From: Camelus dromedarius
Taxonomy: Eukaryota
Reading direction: 5' to 3'
Length of the DNA: 64,000 nucleotides
Assembly (NCBI RefSeq): GCF_036321535.1
Contig: NC_087437.1
Coordinates: 110,486,001-110,550,000 of the forward strand
Positions 24,905-38,304 of the stretch are shown piece after piece. A model generated the notes under the pieces. That model was not told the DNA's origin. It made no database searches and was given only the letters and a program-made list of their open reading frames with translations. The position numbers were made by a program, and so were the translations under genes. Every line of letters starts with the position of its first letter. Position 1 is the stretch's first letter.

Positions 24905-25080
24905 TGTAGCCTTCAGTGCCTGGAATTGGGTGTATGGGCCAGTGGCAGCAGTGTCTCCTGGAACCCTATGGGAAGTGTAGGAGGTAGGGTCCCAGCCCAG
25001 AACTAATCAGTCAGATCTGCACTTTACTAAAATCCCCAGGTCATTCAAATATATACCAAATTTTGGAAAACACTGCTCTG
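24905..25080 (+). mobile_element. MER5A-like
   Basis: CCAGTGGCAGCAGTGTCTCCTGG...ATCTGCACTTTACTAAAATCCCCAGGTCATTCA...TTTGGAAAACACTGCT. Confidence 0.6.
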
Positions 25081-25184
25081 GACTTTCCATTCTAAACCAC
25101 AAGCTTCCTCCTTGGCTTCTGATGTGTCCAGTAAGTTCAAAGCTTCCTTCCCTCCAGCTAATGGATCAGAATTGATGGTTTATG

Positions 25185-25700
25185 GTATGTATCCATTAGG
25201 AAGCTTTTATCTGCAAGTAAACCCAAACAAAGACATGCGCAGGTGGACACACACGCACAAAGGGACTTAAGAGGATTCGTTATCTCATGTAACAGAAGGT
25301 CCTGAGATGAGAAGGTTGCAGGGTTAGTCAATTAGGCATTCGAATGAGCTCGTGAAGGACACAGGGTTCCTTCTGTCTTTCCTCTTAGCCACCCTTCACA
25401 TGCGCTCCTCATGTTAATTCCCTTGATTACCCCAAGATGGCTGTCATGGTTCCAAGCATCACATGCAGAAGCGAAAATGTCAGCAGCAGAAAACAGCTGT
25501 TACTTCATGACCGTTTATTTTTGAGTATGACAAAAGCATTTTTTCAGAATCTCCTCCACAGACATCCCTTTGTACCACACTGCCCAGAATTACATCACAG
25601 GACCTTGGCTGAGCCAGTCACCGGCAAGGAGTACAGATCCTCTCCTTGACTGGCTTAGACCAATCATCATTCACTCCTTATGGTTCATCTAAAGCTTACT
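25185..25700 (-). mobile_element. Old MLT1 (J/K-like) MaLR LTR
   Basis: CAAGATGGCTGTCATGGTTCCAAGCATCACATGCAGA...GCCCAGAATTACATCACA...TGACTGGCTTAGACCAATCA. Confidence 0.65.
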
Positions 25701-25919
25701 CTCCTAAAGCACATAAAGTGCAGAGACTTGTGCAAAATACTGTTTGGTTAGCAACAGAGAAGGTGGGCATGAGGTGGGGGTGATTTGCAGTAGAGGTAGT
25801 AGCAGGACTTTTAAAACAAAAAATCATAACCACAAACATGAGCCACATAAATGAAAGGAAATTTATCTTTTTTGACTAAGGACATGGCTTACAAGAGGCA
25901 TATGATAGAAATCAACATA

Positions 25920-26110
25920 AGGGAAGGGGAGTAGATGGTACAAATCATTAGGTGTGAAATAAGCTACAAGGATACATTATACAACACAGGAAATATAAGC
26001 AATATTTTATAATAGCTATAAATGGAGTATAACCTTTAAATATTATGAACCACTGTGTTGTACACCTCTAACATATAATATTGTACAGCAGCTATACCTC
26101 AAGTTTTAAA
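25920..26110 (+). mobile_element. LINE-1 3' end (L1_Art-like)
   Basis: GGTACAAA...AATAAGCTACAAGGATA...AATATTTTATAATAGCTATAAATGGAGTATAACCTTTAAA. Confidence 0.75.
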
Positions 26111-26869
26111 AAGACAAATTTTTCTTAATTTTTAAGAGTTTAAAGAAGACTTTACTGAGACATGAAGAAAATTATTTCCATAAAGGATGAAGATTGAGGC
26201 ATCAGAATCAATCATACAAGAGGCAGCAAATTGTACTGAATCAAAAATTGATTTGATAAGAAATATATCACTTGCTCCTGCTTACAGTTCTATTCTCTTT
26301 GACAATACTTAACTTTCTTCTCATACTAACACATTTAGTAAAAATTGTTTTTTCTTCTTATTTGTGATTTGCACTACAGATTCCAACTGGGACAGAAATA
26401 AATGGAATACGAACACCAGGACATCCCCAGTGATCCCACGTCAACTCGTGCAGCTCTGCTGATGAAGGCAATTATAATTCTAATGAATACACTTAATGCT
26501 TACTTACAAGGAATCTGAACTCAGAAAAGATTTGTGCCCTTTTGTTTAAATGTACGCACCAGCTGGCTCCCAAATGAGTCTGATACAAATGGCCCCCATC
26601 CTATTTTCCCAAGGAATAATGATAGTACCAGAAGTTATCAAATAAAAACTCTTTCTCAAGTATGGAGTGACTTGAAGGGATTACGGCGTCCCAGGGCCAC
26701 ATGCCTGTTTTTGCACAAAAACACAGTCAGGCACAATAAACCAAGAAGAAACAACTGGATGCCGCAAGATTTACTTACCAGACAATATTGTCCATAAATA
26801 CCAGCACTGCCCAAATCTTTGTTTTCTAGGCATGGAAACCTCAAGGACTAATTTTTATGACCTGGATTC

Positions 26870-27303
26870 TAGCAGGCTGAAAAATGGCCAGAGATATCGG
26901 GTCCTAATTCCTGGAATTGTGATTACATTAAGGAGATTGACATGAGATTAACCTGAATTATCCAGGTGGACTCTAAAGGCAACCACAAGCGTCCTTTTTC
27001 AGAGGGAGGCAGAGGGAGATCTGACACACGGAGAGGAGAAGGTGATGGAAGACGGAGGCAGAGATTGGAGGGATGCGGGCATAACCGAAAGAATTCCAGC
27101 CACCCCTAAAAGCTGGAAGAGACAAGGAACAGACTCTCTGTCCCCCTCTGGAGGGAGCACAGCCCACACCGACACCTTGATTTCAGCCCAGCGAAATTAA
27201 AATTGAACTTCCAGTCTCCAGGACTGTGAGACGATAAACTTCTGTTGTTTTAAAGCACCTAGTTTGTGGTAATTTGTCCCAGAAGCCACAGAAAACTAAT
27301 ATA
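26870..27303 (+). mobile_element. MLT1C/D MaLR LTR
   Basis: ATTATCCAGGTGGACTCTAA...GAGGCAGAGATTGGAG...ACACCTTGATTTCAGCCCAG...GAAAACTAATA. Confidence 0.85.
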
Positions 27304-27474
27304 TGTATCCAAATTGTCTTTTTTCTGCTTCTCTTTAAGCCCTCCAAAGCCAGCTGAAGTGAATTCCCTGTTTCTATTACACACCCCAATGCCGTGTCTC
27401 CACATTTTCTTGATTAGAACACCCCACCTCGTTCCTCTAAAATAAAACCTATGCAGTCCTCAGGAATAATTCAA

Positions 27475-28010
27475 ATGTCACATTCTCCATATTTGGGGTT
27501 TGAATTGCAATATATAAATGAAGGGTTTTCTTCCTAATTTTCCTCAAAATAAATAGATGTACACAGCAACCAAGAACAAAGACAGTTTCAATGCTATTTT
27601 TTATGTAATTAAATTTTAATCACATGTGCAGTATACCCACTACCCCCCTGTGCCCAGTTCCTGGGAAATTTCCAGTTGGTCTGGCTCAGTTCCACCGTGG
27701 CTGGGAGGACCCTGTCCTTTCAGACCCCAAGTCCTCACACAAATTGACTGAGTCCTCCACCCTCTGCTTCTTGTCGTCTTGGGAGGTTCTGAGCTGTTAG
27801 ACCATGACCCCCAGTGATGGGCCACCCAGAGGTCCACACTCTGGTCCAATGACATCCACACCTCTTTGGGATAGTGTGCTCATGGTCCTTCCTCTCCATC
27901 CACTTTGAGGACTGTCCACTCCTTCTAGTCCACGTTGAGAAACACTTTTCATGCCTTCTCCCCTCTTCTTCCAATGCTGGTCTTCATCCAGAGTTGGGGA
28001 GCAACACACA
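27475..28010 (-). mobile_element. Possible ancient LTR (MamGyp/LTR85-88-like)
   Basis: GC-richer block whose minus strand ends ...GATTAAAATTTAATTACATAAAAAATAG...AATGTGACA; family resemblance only. Confidence 0.3.
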
Positions 28011-28289
28011 TGTCTCATACTGAAGCCAACAGCATTTTTTATTCTCTGTCTTGATTTTTTAGTACTTTTTAAAAAAATTAACCTTTCATTATATATGCAA
28101 ACCAATTACATTATAAGAAAGAAATGTAAACAGAATGGCATAAAATGAGATGCACAATTTTCTTTCTCATCTCTCCCAATCTCTCCTCCCTCTAAAAGAG
28201 TTGACAATATATCTTAAACCCTTCCAAATATTTTCTGTAACTAGAGTACCATGTATGATATCTATATTTTAAAGGGTTCTTCTTTTGTA

Positions 28290-29110
28290 TTTTTCTTTTA
28301 CTATGAAATATAGCAAACAAGGAGTATAAGAAAATATGTATGTACGATTTAAAGAATACTCATATCTGTAAACTTATGAACCAGGCAAGAAAGAGCACAT
28401 TAACATACCTCATATGTCCCTCCCAAACTGCATTTGCCTTCCAGTCTTTCGAAGGTACCCTGATTTTTATGTAGAACATAACTTTGGTGGTCATTAGATT
28501 TGTTTATAATTATTCCAACTCTCTCCTTCTGGCCACGTGGTAGAGTTGCCCTTGCCCGCACATTTGAAGGTGGTTTGGCCATGTCACGTTTCTGGCAAAT
28601 GAAATGTGGTCAGAAGAGATGGGGTGGACGCTTTAAAAGTCAGTGTAGTATGTATGCATGTTCTCTTTTTCTGTCCGTGTCCGCCAATGTTCTGGATAGT
28701 GGCTCTCTACCCACTGGATCCTAAAATGAGACATCAGTGTAAGAGCAGAGAAATAAAACTGTTATTTTGAGCACTGAAGCGTCGGGTTGCTGGTGACCAC
28801 AAGCAGATCATAGGTTCCCTGACTGATAGTCCCTGTGCTCCGTGAGGACAACTTGCCATAAAATATAGTTCCACATGCCTGTCTGTTATCTTGATATAAA
28901 TGCAAGCACAGAGAACATCCTCTACTTTTCAACATTCTGTCCTGAATGTCAATCATCCATAGGTAGCACTCACAACTAAATAGCCTTCCATTGCATGAAT
29001 ACAGCATGAGTTATTCATCCCACCACTGGTGGACATTTAAATGTCTCCATTTGGGAACATCCATAGCCATCTTTCTTTTCCAGGAGTAAGATTTCTCTAG
29101 ATATATAGTT
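28290..29110 (-). mobile_element. Old L1M fragment, interrupted by an MLT1 LTR
   Basis: T-rich antisense L1 features, e.g. TTCCATTGCATGAATACAGCA..TTATTCATCC...TGGACATTTAAATGT. Confidence 0.5.
28495..28825 (+). mobile_element. MLT1I/J-like LTR
   Basis: TTTGAAGGTGGTTTGGCCATGTCAC..TTCTGGCAAATGAAATGTGG...GAGAAATAAAACTGTTATTTTGAGCACTGA. Confidence 0.65.
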
Positions 29111-30329
29111 AGTCACAGAATTTCACCTCAATTCCAAGCTAACCCAATAGCTCACTTCACTTTTGCTCACCTGACCTACACAGATAAGAGGTAATTTAAG
29201 GCCAGCATGTATGACCTACTCATTGCTCTCTCTCAAAGTTTCCTGGGCCCGAGGCATTTCCACACAATCAATACAGTCAGCAGTGAACTGAGCCCCTTGG
29301 TTAAGAGATGGCATCTCTGTGCCCTTAAATGCCACTGCATAAACAAGAGTTTTTCTTAAACCATTTTTTAATTTTTTCAAAAAGAGAAGCAAGTCCCCTT
29401 CAAACATCTATGAGTTTTTCTTTTAACTCTCTGTCAATATGATTTGAAGGCGTTTACTTTTTTCTAGTCAAGTATATTATATGAAATCAAATTAAATGCA
29501 GCCACTGTTTATTTAGCAACTATGAGGACTACTGAATTCGCTGGGCATCGTGAAAGGCATCAAGTCACACAAAACAGAATACTGGCTCTTAGGAAGCAAA
29601 CATCCTCTTCACTGAGAAAATATTTAGGCCTTTCCCTCCATTCAAAGAAATATGAAATGTTGTAATTCCATCTTCCAAAATCCAGATAATGGACAACTTT
29701 ATCTACTGAGGACTTAGCCAAGAAGCAAAGTCCTTGTAAAACAGATGCCACAAAGTGCAGGCATGACACACAGGGGATTCCCTTGGTCCTGACTCATAGC
29801 CTCATAATGCTTTTTATGTGCCCACTATTTTTATTAAGCTAGCCACCTGGTTTATAAGCCTACCACAAGTCAGGACTCACAAATAAAAAAAGACAAATAG
29901 TATCATAAGGACAAGTGACAGCAAACTTGCGACAGCAAGGGAAAAAACCCAGAAAGCATAAAAAGCAGACCAGCACACTGACACCCTAAGCGATGTACGC
30001 AAGGACAAACTGGCCTTCATGAATCAATAGGTCCTGAGGCACTTCCGCATTTCATCAGAGCCCAGGGACAGCTTCGCGTGTTACTGGCCTTGGTGCATTG
30101 AGATAAAGTCAACTCAGGCTATTCCAGGGAAGAAAGCAAGTGAATGTGCAATAAATTTTTTAGATTTTCTATCTAAAGGGTTACACATTTAAAAAGCACT
30201 GATGCTTAAATCAACATTTTTTTTCTAGGTTAAAAACAGGTACCTCTCACCTGTCATTTCTTAAGCTCTGTTATATGCCATGAGCTATATATATATATAT
30301 ATTCCTCTACCTCAAAAGAGAAAGACCAT

Positions 30330-30445
30330 TATTCTTACTAACAAGATTCAGAGAGGTTAAGAAATTTTCTCTAAGTCACACATCTGCTACTAGATTGATC
30401 CAAGATGCCAACTCTTGACTTTCTGACTTCAAAATCCATGTGGTG
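30330..30445 (-). mobile_element. MIR fragment
   Basis: GATTCAGAGAGGTTAAGAAATTTTCTCTAAGTCACACA...TCTGACTTCAAAATCCATG. Confidence 0.6.
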
Positions 30446-31378
30446 TGATTATACCACATGGCTTCATTTATCCCAGAGTCACCTTTCCAAGTTCCAAGGG
30501 TTACTAATATGATGACCTTTTTCTCTATGTATATTTCTTAAAATTAAGAGTAAAGAGTTTATATATATATATAAATATATATATAAACCCAGTATATATA
30601 TATATAACCCAGTATTATCAGCCTGCTTGATTTACATATTTGCCTCAGGGAATAATTAGATACCTAAGTTACTACTGTGTTTAATTTCTACCTACCATCT
30701 GCCCAGTGCCCTGTGGAGGGACAAAGGAAGAATTCTTTTAGCCGACTGCTGAGTTCTCCAGATCCCTGAGTTCACACACTGCTGGGAGATAGGGCCAGGC
30801 TCGCACCAGAACTTCTGGAGGTCAGCCTTGCAGTGAATGAAGAAGGGTGTCCCATCTAATCTCCACACAGAAACAGAGGCCGCATCACATGGGTATATTT
30901 CCTCAGCAAATGAAAAGACCTCAGAGTTTTGTTCTAAAAGAACTGTTTAAGGAAACAGCTGGGATAGAAAGAAAGCTCTTGGGTACCCCTAGTGACATTC
31001 TCAGGAGAAGAGATGAAGGTCAGATCCCTGGAGGCCACAGTTCATCCAGACATACATTGATGAAGAGCAGGGCCAGAATCAAGAGGGAGCCCAAAACTCA
31101 GGAATCAAAATAAATCACATTTTAATGCAATACTTTAAAAAATGGAAAGTAATACCAAAAGTTCATGATAAACAAAGTATCCTAAGTTTAAATAAAAACA
31201 AGGTGAGTGTTACTGGGTTTTTTTGTTTCTGTTTTTGTTTTTGTTTTTGTTTTTGTTTTTGCTTCAGGATTCAATATGACTTTGCACAACACCAACAGAG
31301 AGTTAATTTAACATAAATGTCTTTTTTTAAAAAGGAGGGTGAATACATGGCTACAGAAAGACGGTGATTTGGAAGATT

Positions 31379-31469
31379 TTTTTTTCTTTCAAATAGAAGT
31401 ACTGGGGATTGAACCTAGGACCTTGTGCATACTAAGGATGTGCTCTACCACTGAGCTATACTCACCCCC
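31379..31469 (-). mobile_element. tRNA-Ala-derived SINE (Vic-1-like)
   Basis: Reverse complement GGGGTGAGTATAGCTCAGTGGTAGAGCA...GGTTCAATCCCCAGTAC plus A-rich tail; TSD TGATTTGG(A/G)AGATT at 31365-31378 and 31470-31483. Confidence 0.88.
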
Positions 31470-31609
31470 TGATTTGGGAGATTATTTTTAAATTACAAGG
31501 TTCACTAGTTGGAGGAAACAATAATTACATTCCTGGACTCTTGTTAAGTCTGGGAGGGAATTGCAGCATGAGAGAGTAACTCTCAGTTGTAACTCTGCTC
31601 AGTACAGCC

Positions 31610-32020
31610 CCAGTGAGTAGCATGGCCAAGGAAAGCAGCTTAAAAGTTCCATTATATTCCAAAGCCTGTTGATGTAGGGCTTGGCCATGTGTCTTGCTTT
31701 GGCTTGTGGAACATGAGCAGAAGTGAAAGTGTGACGGTACTTGCCTAGGCCTTAAGAGACATCACAAGTTTCTACTCACTTGCCTTGCAATTTTATCATT
31801 CCTAGGAAGAGAACATGCCCTGAATAGCCTGTTGGTCCCAAAAGATTGAGAGTCACATGAACCCAGGATGAATTAAACCCATGGCCTGAAGCTCCACCCA
31901 GCCAACCACATTGGAATCAGGGCTGTCCAGTCTCCCTCAGAGATGCATGAATAGACTTTGCTTATTATTGTGGGATTTTTGTGGTTGTCTGTTACACAGC
32001 AATAGCTGACTGACACATTG
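31610..32020 (+). mobile_element. MLT1G/H-like LTR
   Basis: GGCCATGTGTCTTGCTTTGGC...GAAGAGAACATGCCC...TGTTACACAGCAATAGCTGACTGACACA. Confidence 0.75.
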
Positions 32021-32067
32021 TCAATTAAGTCAAAACATTCAGTAGTTTCTTAAGCCTTTGCATAGAT

Positions 32068-32245
32068 CAGTGATTCTCAACCCTGAGCATACAATAAAAT
32101 TGCCTGGACAGCTTATTAAAAACACCAATGTCCAGGCCCTCATCTGAGACCAGTTGTTTCAGAATCTACTGATGGCTCTTAGGCATCAGATATTTTTAAA
32201 ATATCCCCCAGGTGATTTTAAATGTGCAGCCAGGGTCAATAATAT
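32068..32245. mobile_element. MER5B
   Basis: CAGTGATTCTCAACCCTG...CCCCAGGTGATTTTAAATGTGCAGCCAGGGT. Confidence 0.75.
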
Positions 32246-32639
32246 TGATGTAGATAAAGATAAAAATCTTATCACCAGCATGAAGAAGTACATCTGTGTC
32301 CCCATCTGCTCTGGCTGGGCCATCCTTCTCCCTTACTGGAGACATTTAATGAAAAGCAGGACTGGCTGGGATTTAATAGTGTCCAAGATGGCCATGAGGT
32401 GAGGTGACTAATATACCTGGTGTGCTCTTAGAACCAGAGGATTATACTAGAATGTATGTCCTATGAAAGTATTGCATGGATAGCAAATCTAAACATATTC
32501 AACAAAAAACAGAATAGAGGGGGAATGGAAGTTAATGTGCGGAACCAAAGGAAGGGGGAAAATGGGGGACTGATGAAACACAAAAACCAAAAACCAGAAG
32601 TAGAAAATAAAAAATTGGTTGAAAGTTTGCTGTGAATTC

Positions 32640-32780
32640 CAACAGCACTGGAATTATCTAGGAAATGTAGAATCCCAGGCTCTACCCCACATCTCCATAA
32701 TCAAAATCTGAATTTTAATAAAATGCCCAGATGATCTGCATACATGTATCCATATCCAGATTAGAGATGCACTAGCTTAG
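32640..32780 (+). mobile_element. MER5A fragment
   Basis: GAAATGTAGAATCCCAGGCTCTACCCCA...ATCTGAATTTTAATAAAATGCCCAGATGAT. Confidence 0.6.
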
Positions 32781-33159
32781 AGGGATCCTGGAAATGAGGT
32801 ACAGGTACGTCCGGGTGATTTTTACATTCTTCTTATGGATGACCATGTGATCAGCCCAGGTATATTTAAAGGGGATGAAATGGGGCATAAAACATCAGGT
32901 GTTTAGACATCCAATGAATCCAACAGCTATTCCAATAATTTAAATTTCATACTTTAAAAAGTGAGGGTTAAGACACCAAAGAATCTGATTTACTCTCAGG
33001 TAAGACCCAAGCAGTGATACTTTTTAAAACTACCAAGATGATTCTGATCAGCCAACATTGAGACTCACCACTTTTTTTCCTTTAAAACTGAAATTTGAAC
33101 TGTGAAGTGACTGTCTTTATCAACTATAATTCTTGAAGTAGTATTAATATATATGCTTT

Positions 33160-33625
33160 TTCATTGAAGTACAGTTGATTTATGATGTTGTGTTAGTCTC
33201 TGATGTACAACATAGTGATTCAGTTATACACACACACATAATTATATATTCTTTTTCATATCCTTTTTCATTATAGGTTACTAGAAGGTACTGAATAGAG
33301 CTCTCTGTGCTATACAGTATGGCTTTGTGGTTTATATATTTTATATATAGTAGTTTGTATCTGCTAATCCAAGACTCCCAATTTATCCTTCCCTCACCCC
33401 CACATTCCCCCCTAGTAACCAAAAGTTTGTTTTCTATGGCTGTGAGTCTGTTTCTGTTTTGTAAATAAACTCATTTGTGTCATTATTTTTAGATTCCACA
33501 TGTAAGTGATATCATATGGTATTTTTCTTTCTTTTTCTGGCTTATTCCACTTTGACAATCTCCAGGTCCATTAATGTTGCTGAAAATGGTGTTATTTTAT
33601 TCTTTTTATGGCTGAGTAGTATTCC

Positions 33626-33673
<48 letters not shown>

Positions 33674-33815
33674 TGTGTGTGTATAACAACTTCCTTATCC
33701 AGTCATCTGCTGGACATTTAGGTTACTTCCATGTCTTGGCTATTGTAAACAGTGCTGCTATAAACACTGGGGTGCATGTATCTTTTTTGAATTAGTGTTT
33801 TTTTCTGGATACATG
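33160..33815 (-). mobile_element. LINE-1 3' end with internal (TG)n
   Basis: TTGAAGTACAGTTGATTTATGATGTTGTGTTAG...TTTTAGATTCCACATGTAAGTGATATCATA...; (TG)n at ~33628-33682. Confidence 0.92.
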
Positions 33816-33849
33816 CTATATACTTTTAAAACTCAGCTGCCTGTGTACC

Positions 33850-34040
33850 AGTCCTGGTTAAACCCCTTACTAGCTGTATGACTTTAGACGAGTCACTTAA
33901 TCTGTGTGCCTCCATGCTCTCATTCACACAAGGGGGGTAATAATGGTGGGTACTTCAAAGCATCATCATGGAGAGTAAATGACATGTGTGTCTGAAGTAC
34001 TTAGGAAAGACATCTGGTATACAGTTAGCTCTCAATAAAT
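33850..34040 (+). mobile_element. MIR
   Basis: CTTACTAGCTGTATGACTTTAGACGAGTCACTTAA...CTCAATAAAT. Confidence 0.7.
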
Positions 34041-34100
34041 ATAAGCAAAAATTATGCAGATAAGGCAATTTTGGAATTAGAAGAATGACTTTTTGTGAAT

Positions 34101-34360
34101 TGTTATGAGCCAAATGTTTTGTGTCCCCCAAAATTCATATGTTGAAGCCCTAATTCTTGATATGGTGGCATTTGAAGGTTGGGTCACTGGGAGGTAATTA
34201 GGTTTAGATGAGGTCATGAGAGTGGGACCTTGTGATGGGATGAATACCCCTATAAGGAGAGGAGGACAGAGAAATATCTCTCTTCTTCTTAAACAGTGTC
34301 TATTGTTTAAATCACATGGTCTATGGTATTTTGTTACAGCAGCTTGCATTGAGTAAGACA
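34101..34360 (+). mobile_element. MLT1A/B LTR, internally deleted
   Basis: TGTTATG...GTGTCCCCCAAAATTCATATGTTGAAGCCCTAA...TATTTTGTTACAGCAGC...TAAGACA. Confidence 0.85.
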
Positions 34361-34629
34361 TTGAGTAAACTCCATTTGTACATAGTATGAGAGAATTATG
34401 CCTGGAAGTTCATAAATAAGGATAAATTAGTTTGTAAGAATTGAGATCCACCATTCTGGATAAGATCTAAAAAAACTCTTTTCATGGCAAGGGATTTTCT
34501 CCTGAGGTCCTGTAAATTTCCTTATGATTGATTTGATATTTTAAGGTGGATTGGATAACTACTCCTAATGAGGCAAAACCTAGAATCTCTAAAATGGAAA
34601 AAAAGTGGGATCTGGTATCAGAGGGTCTC

Positions 34630-34790
34630 AGCTCCTATCCCAACTCTGTGACCTGTTTGCTCAGAACCCTTGAAGACACCACTTAAACTCTTGACCTCTC
34701 TGAGCCTCAGTTTGTCCAACTACCAAAAGGAGATCATGACAAAGCTGTATACAGATAAAGTTAAATAAGATGATGTATGAGAAACAAATC
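34630..34790 (+). mobile_element. MIR fragment
   Basis: ACCTCTCTGAGCCTCAGTTTGTCCAACT...TTAAATAAGATGATGTATG. Confidence 0.55.
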
Positions 34791-35451
34791 CTGAAAGTGT
34801 CATGTGAAGGTTAATTGGTATCATTAGCAGGGAGGCATTTTCCAAAACATCTTGAGCACAAGGCTGAATCTTCTTTAGATTTCAGAAAATTCCTTAAAAA
34901 AATTGGAGAAGTGTCTCCATCTTAACCTCTCTACTCCTGTGATTTCCAGGCTTTTATTAGATATCTGGTCAGATTTTAAAATAACAAGTTTGAAGGAGAA
35001 GTAATCATTTTCAACAGAGTCTTAGTCAATTATCTAGTCCAGAGGTAAGTAAATAAGGACTTATTACGTAGATAATCAATAAATCTAGACCTTGATCAGA
35101 GATGTGCATGCATTTTTTCCCAGCCATGTTCTACAGGTTTCTGATCAGTATCTATCTTTACCCGGGATTGCCACATATGGTTGTGCAGGTCGTGCACTGC
35201 ATAAACAAGAGGATGACATCACACAGGCTAAAGCTCTCTCAACCTATGCAGAGAAAACCTACCCAGCTCTGCACAGCAGCCTGGTTTGGCCAAATACATT
35301 TCACCTCTCATTTAGGGAGCTTTTTCCAAAGAAATGGCCCCTGAATAAATAATCTTCACCTTCTAGTCTCTCTACTAATCAAACTTTAGAAATGTTGTTA
35401 ATCCCAGCCTTCCTGTCTCCTATCATCCCTGCCAGCTAATAAAGGCTGAGC

Positions 35452-35610
35452 AAGGCTGGATTCATAGGTTTGCAACCTGCATATCTCACCAGGCCCCATA
35501 CCTGTCTAGTGCTTTGCTGTCCCTAACTTGAAAGTCAATAATTTTTTAAACAAAAATCTCCATATGTTCATTTTGTATGGGGCACTGCAAGTTATGTAGC
35601 CAGTCCTCAT
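35452..35610 (+). mobile_element. MER45A (hAT-Tip100)
   Basis: AGGCTGGATTCATAGG..GCAACCTG...TTCATTTTGTATGGGGCACTGCAAGTTATGTAGCCAGTCCT. Confidence 0.7.
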
Positions 35611-35734
35611 GCTTAGAGTAAATAAAATTCAAAAACTCATCAAACTGTATCTATATATTAGAAGACTTATTAACAGATTGCTAGAAGGGATTAATATAAC
35701 TTAAGACAGTTCCCTGCATATACCTCCACAGGTA

Positions 35735-35897
35735 TCCCACTCCAGAATCATTTGGGGAGTTTGAGAGAGCATGCAGATTCCTGGGCCCCATATGCTGGAG
35801 ATTCTGATTTAGTAGGTCTGGGTCTTAGGTATATTCTTTTTTTCCCCCAATATCATGAGTCATTCTAATATGTAGCCAAGTCAGGAAATTATTGCTC
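35735..35897. mobile_element. MER5-family element
   Basis: ATGCAGATTCCTGGGCCCCA...AGATTCTGATTTAGTAGGTCTGGG. Confidence 0.65.
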
Positions 35898-38304
35898 TGG
35901 GATGTGGGCAGGCTGGTCAGAGGTGGAATCAGGAGGCCTTGATTTGAGTTAAAGTTCATAAACTCTCCTTTGGCTGTTCACTGAGATTAGGGTAACTATC
36001 TACTCTAAGCCTCTATCAAAATTCCTTTCCTAGGTGCCTCAGAAAAGGACTTTAAGCCTTGAACATGAGAGGAGTGGTTTTTAAAAGACAGGGGTCTTTT
36101 AATTAGATGATGCTAAAATCTAAGATTGAAAAGTAAGAGATATTTGCTTTTTCCCCCTCTTCTTGTCACTAGAGGATTTTAGTGACTGGAGTTTGTGTTC
36201 CAAAATACCCCTGAAGGATGGCAACTTCAGAAAAGAGAAAATGTGGAGGGAAAGTAAGATAGGATGTCTTGGTCCATAAGTGCTGCTCTGGAAAGTTCCA
36301 TGGATGGAATAATACTCCAGGGTTGCATTTCAAGCAGTAACTGAACACAAGGTGCAGTAAACTCTCCTTTGCTGAAGTTTCTAATGAAGACCTGGCCCTC
36401 ATGTATCTGTCAGTCTTTCTGGAGGGTTCCCAGCTCCCCAAGTCGGCAGCTGGCCCTCCTCCAGGAGCTCAGCAAGAGTCCCTCTTCTGCTGCTCCCAAG
36501 ACTGAGACCCCTCACAGAAGAGCGAGCCCCACACGGTCACAGCCCATCATGTGCATTCCATTTTCAAGTCTCTCCATTGTTTGTGTGTTTGTTTGTTTGT
36601 GATATGTTTCTATGTGTTGTCTAGATAAATAAACTGGTAGGCAAGCCACCACTATCCCCTAAAGATCCATTTGTCCATTTCTTCCCTGCAGGAAAGAAAG
36701 AGTTCCTATACATTAGGTGACTTCTTGAAAGTCTTTCTAGGTAGAAAGTAAATTCATTCAGTCAAGTTTATTCCAGGCTGGCTGATATCAGAATTATGAT
36801 AGAACATCTATGAATCATTAGAGGGGATTATTTGGGAGATATTTGGAACAGAAACATCTCCCTGGCCAGTTTAAATCCCTTCCCATGGCTACAACCACCA
36901 ACTTTAGAACAGCTGAACTTTCAAGCCCCCTTCCCCAGAGCCCTACAGGAATGTCTCAGACCCCCTGTCTATTGTTGAGAGTTAGACTGGTGAAAGCCCC
37001 AAGGAGTCTCTTTGCAGTGTGATTTCCTCCCGCTTCTCAGTGCGTGGCATGGGTTAAATGCAGACTGGTCCCAGGTCAGGACTGATGCTCAGTGGACTCC
37101 ACATCTCTCACCATACAGACTTCCTATACAGAGTCAGATTCCCTTCACCTGGGAAAGCACTGAAGAGACACGTCGCTATCTTAAGGAAACACTCTAGCTT
37201 TCAATTTAACGGTTGCCAAGAGCGGCAATCTTAGAAGTGAGGCTGTCAGCTCTCCAAGGAGGCTTCTTCAAAGGTCAAAAGGACCCTGAGGAACTGACTC
37301 TTCAAAGTGTTAAAAGAGGCCATGCTGTGCTCACAAATCATAGGGGAAAAAAGACATTCAAACTCCCCTCTGGGAGGTTATGACGTAGGCTGTCTTATCT
37401 GTGCTTTGTTATTCATTAAAATAATTAAAATGTGAACAAATAAAGTAAAATATTAGTCAAAGCAAAAAAAAATACTTATTCCAATAGAGTTTTTAAAAGC
37501 ATTAGGTCCATGATGAGACTATAGATGAAGTTGGAGAAGATGGGCTCTTTGGCATCCAGGAGACTGGAAAACTGGGTGCAGAGTGAACAGGAATGAGAAA
37601 TGGGCTGAAAAGAGGGGATTTGCTATGGTCTTTACTCAGAGCAACAGCATTCATTGGCACCCATACCTGGGTTGCCCACTTCCACCCAAGGCTGGAGACA
37701 TTGGGCCTGGAGGGAAAGAAATGCAATCTAGTCCCCACGTGATCCAGGAATAACCCAACCTCACAGCTGTGTAAACTCCAGCTAGTGGTTTTCAACTTTT
37801 CACACCAACTGCAAGAGAAGCACAGAACATTTGATGATGTTCGCAGAACTACACAAATGTTAAAGAGCCTGGAATGGTGAGAGGAAAGGAGGGAACAAGG
37901 AGGGAATGTTCACGTAGAGAATATAGAGAGAGGGAAGTTGTGAGAAAAATTAGGGAATGAAAAAAATGAAATACCTCGCTGTTATTTAAAGTTGCAAGGA
38001 TGATCAATAGCAGTACAATATTTTAAAAAGAGAGAAAGGGAAGGAAGGATCACGTGACGTAAGTGAGGAAAAAGTTTATCATCAGCAGAGAAGTAAATCA
38101 ATAAATTGCACCTAATTTTTTTAATCAAGGAATTGTCTTGAGTTGGAAAGTTAAGAAACAGAACTAAAACAAAAATGATGAAAAGGGCTTTTCTCTGGGG
38201 AATGGAACCCCTGGTTAGAAAAGGGTAGAGGCAAGACCATTGCTTCTTATAAAATCTTTAGTAGCAGATCACTGTTTGCATGCATATGTATGAGGTGACA
38301 ATAT

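Noticed and set aside
30436..30461. 9-bp stem hairpin CCATGTGGT/ACCACATGG
   Set aside because: Too short for a miRNA precursor, sits at the edge of a MIR relic and is plausible by chance.
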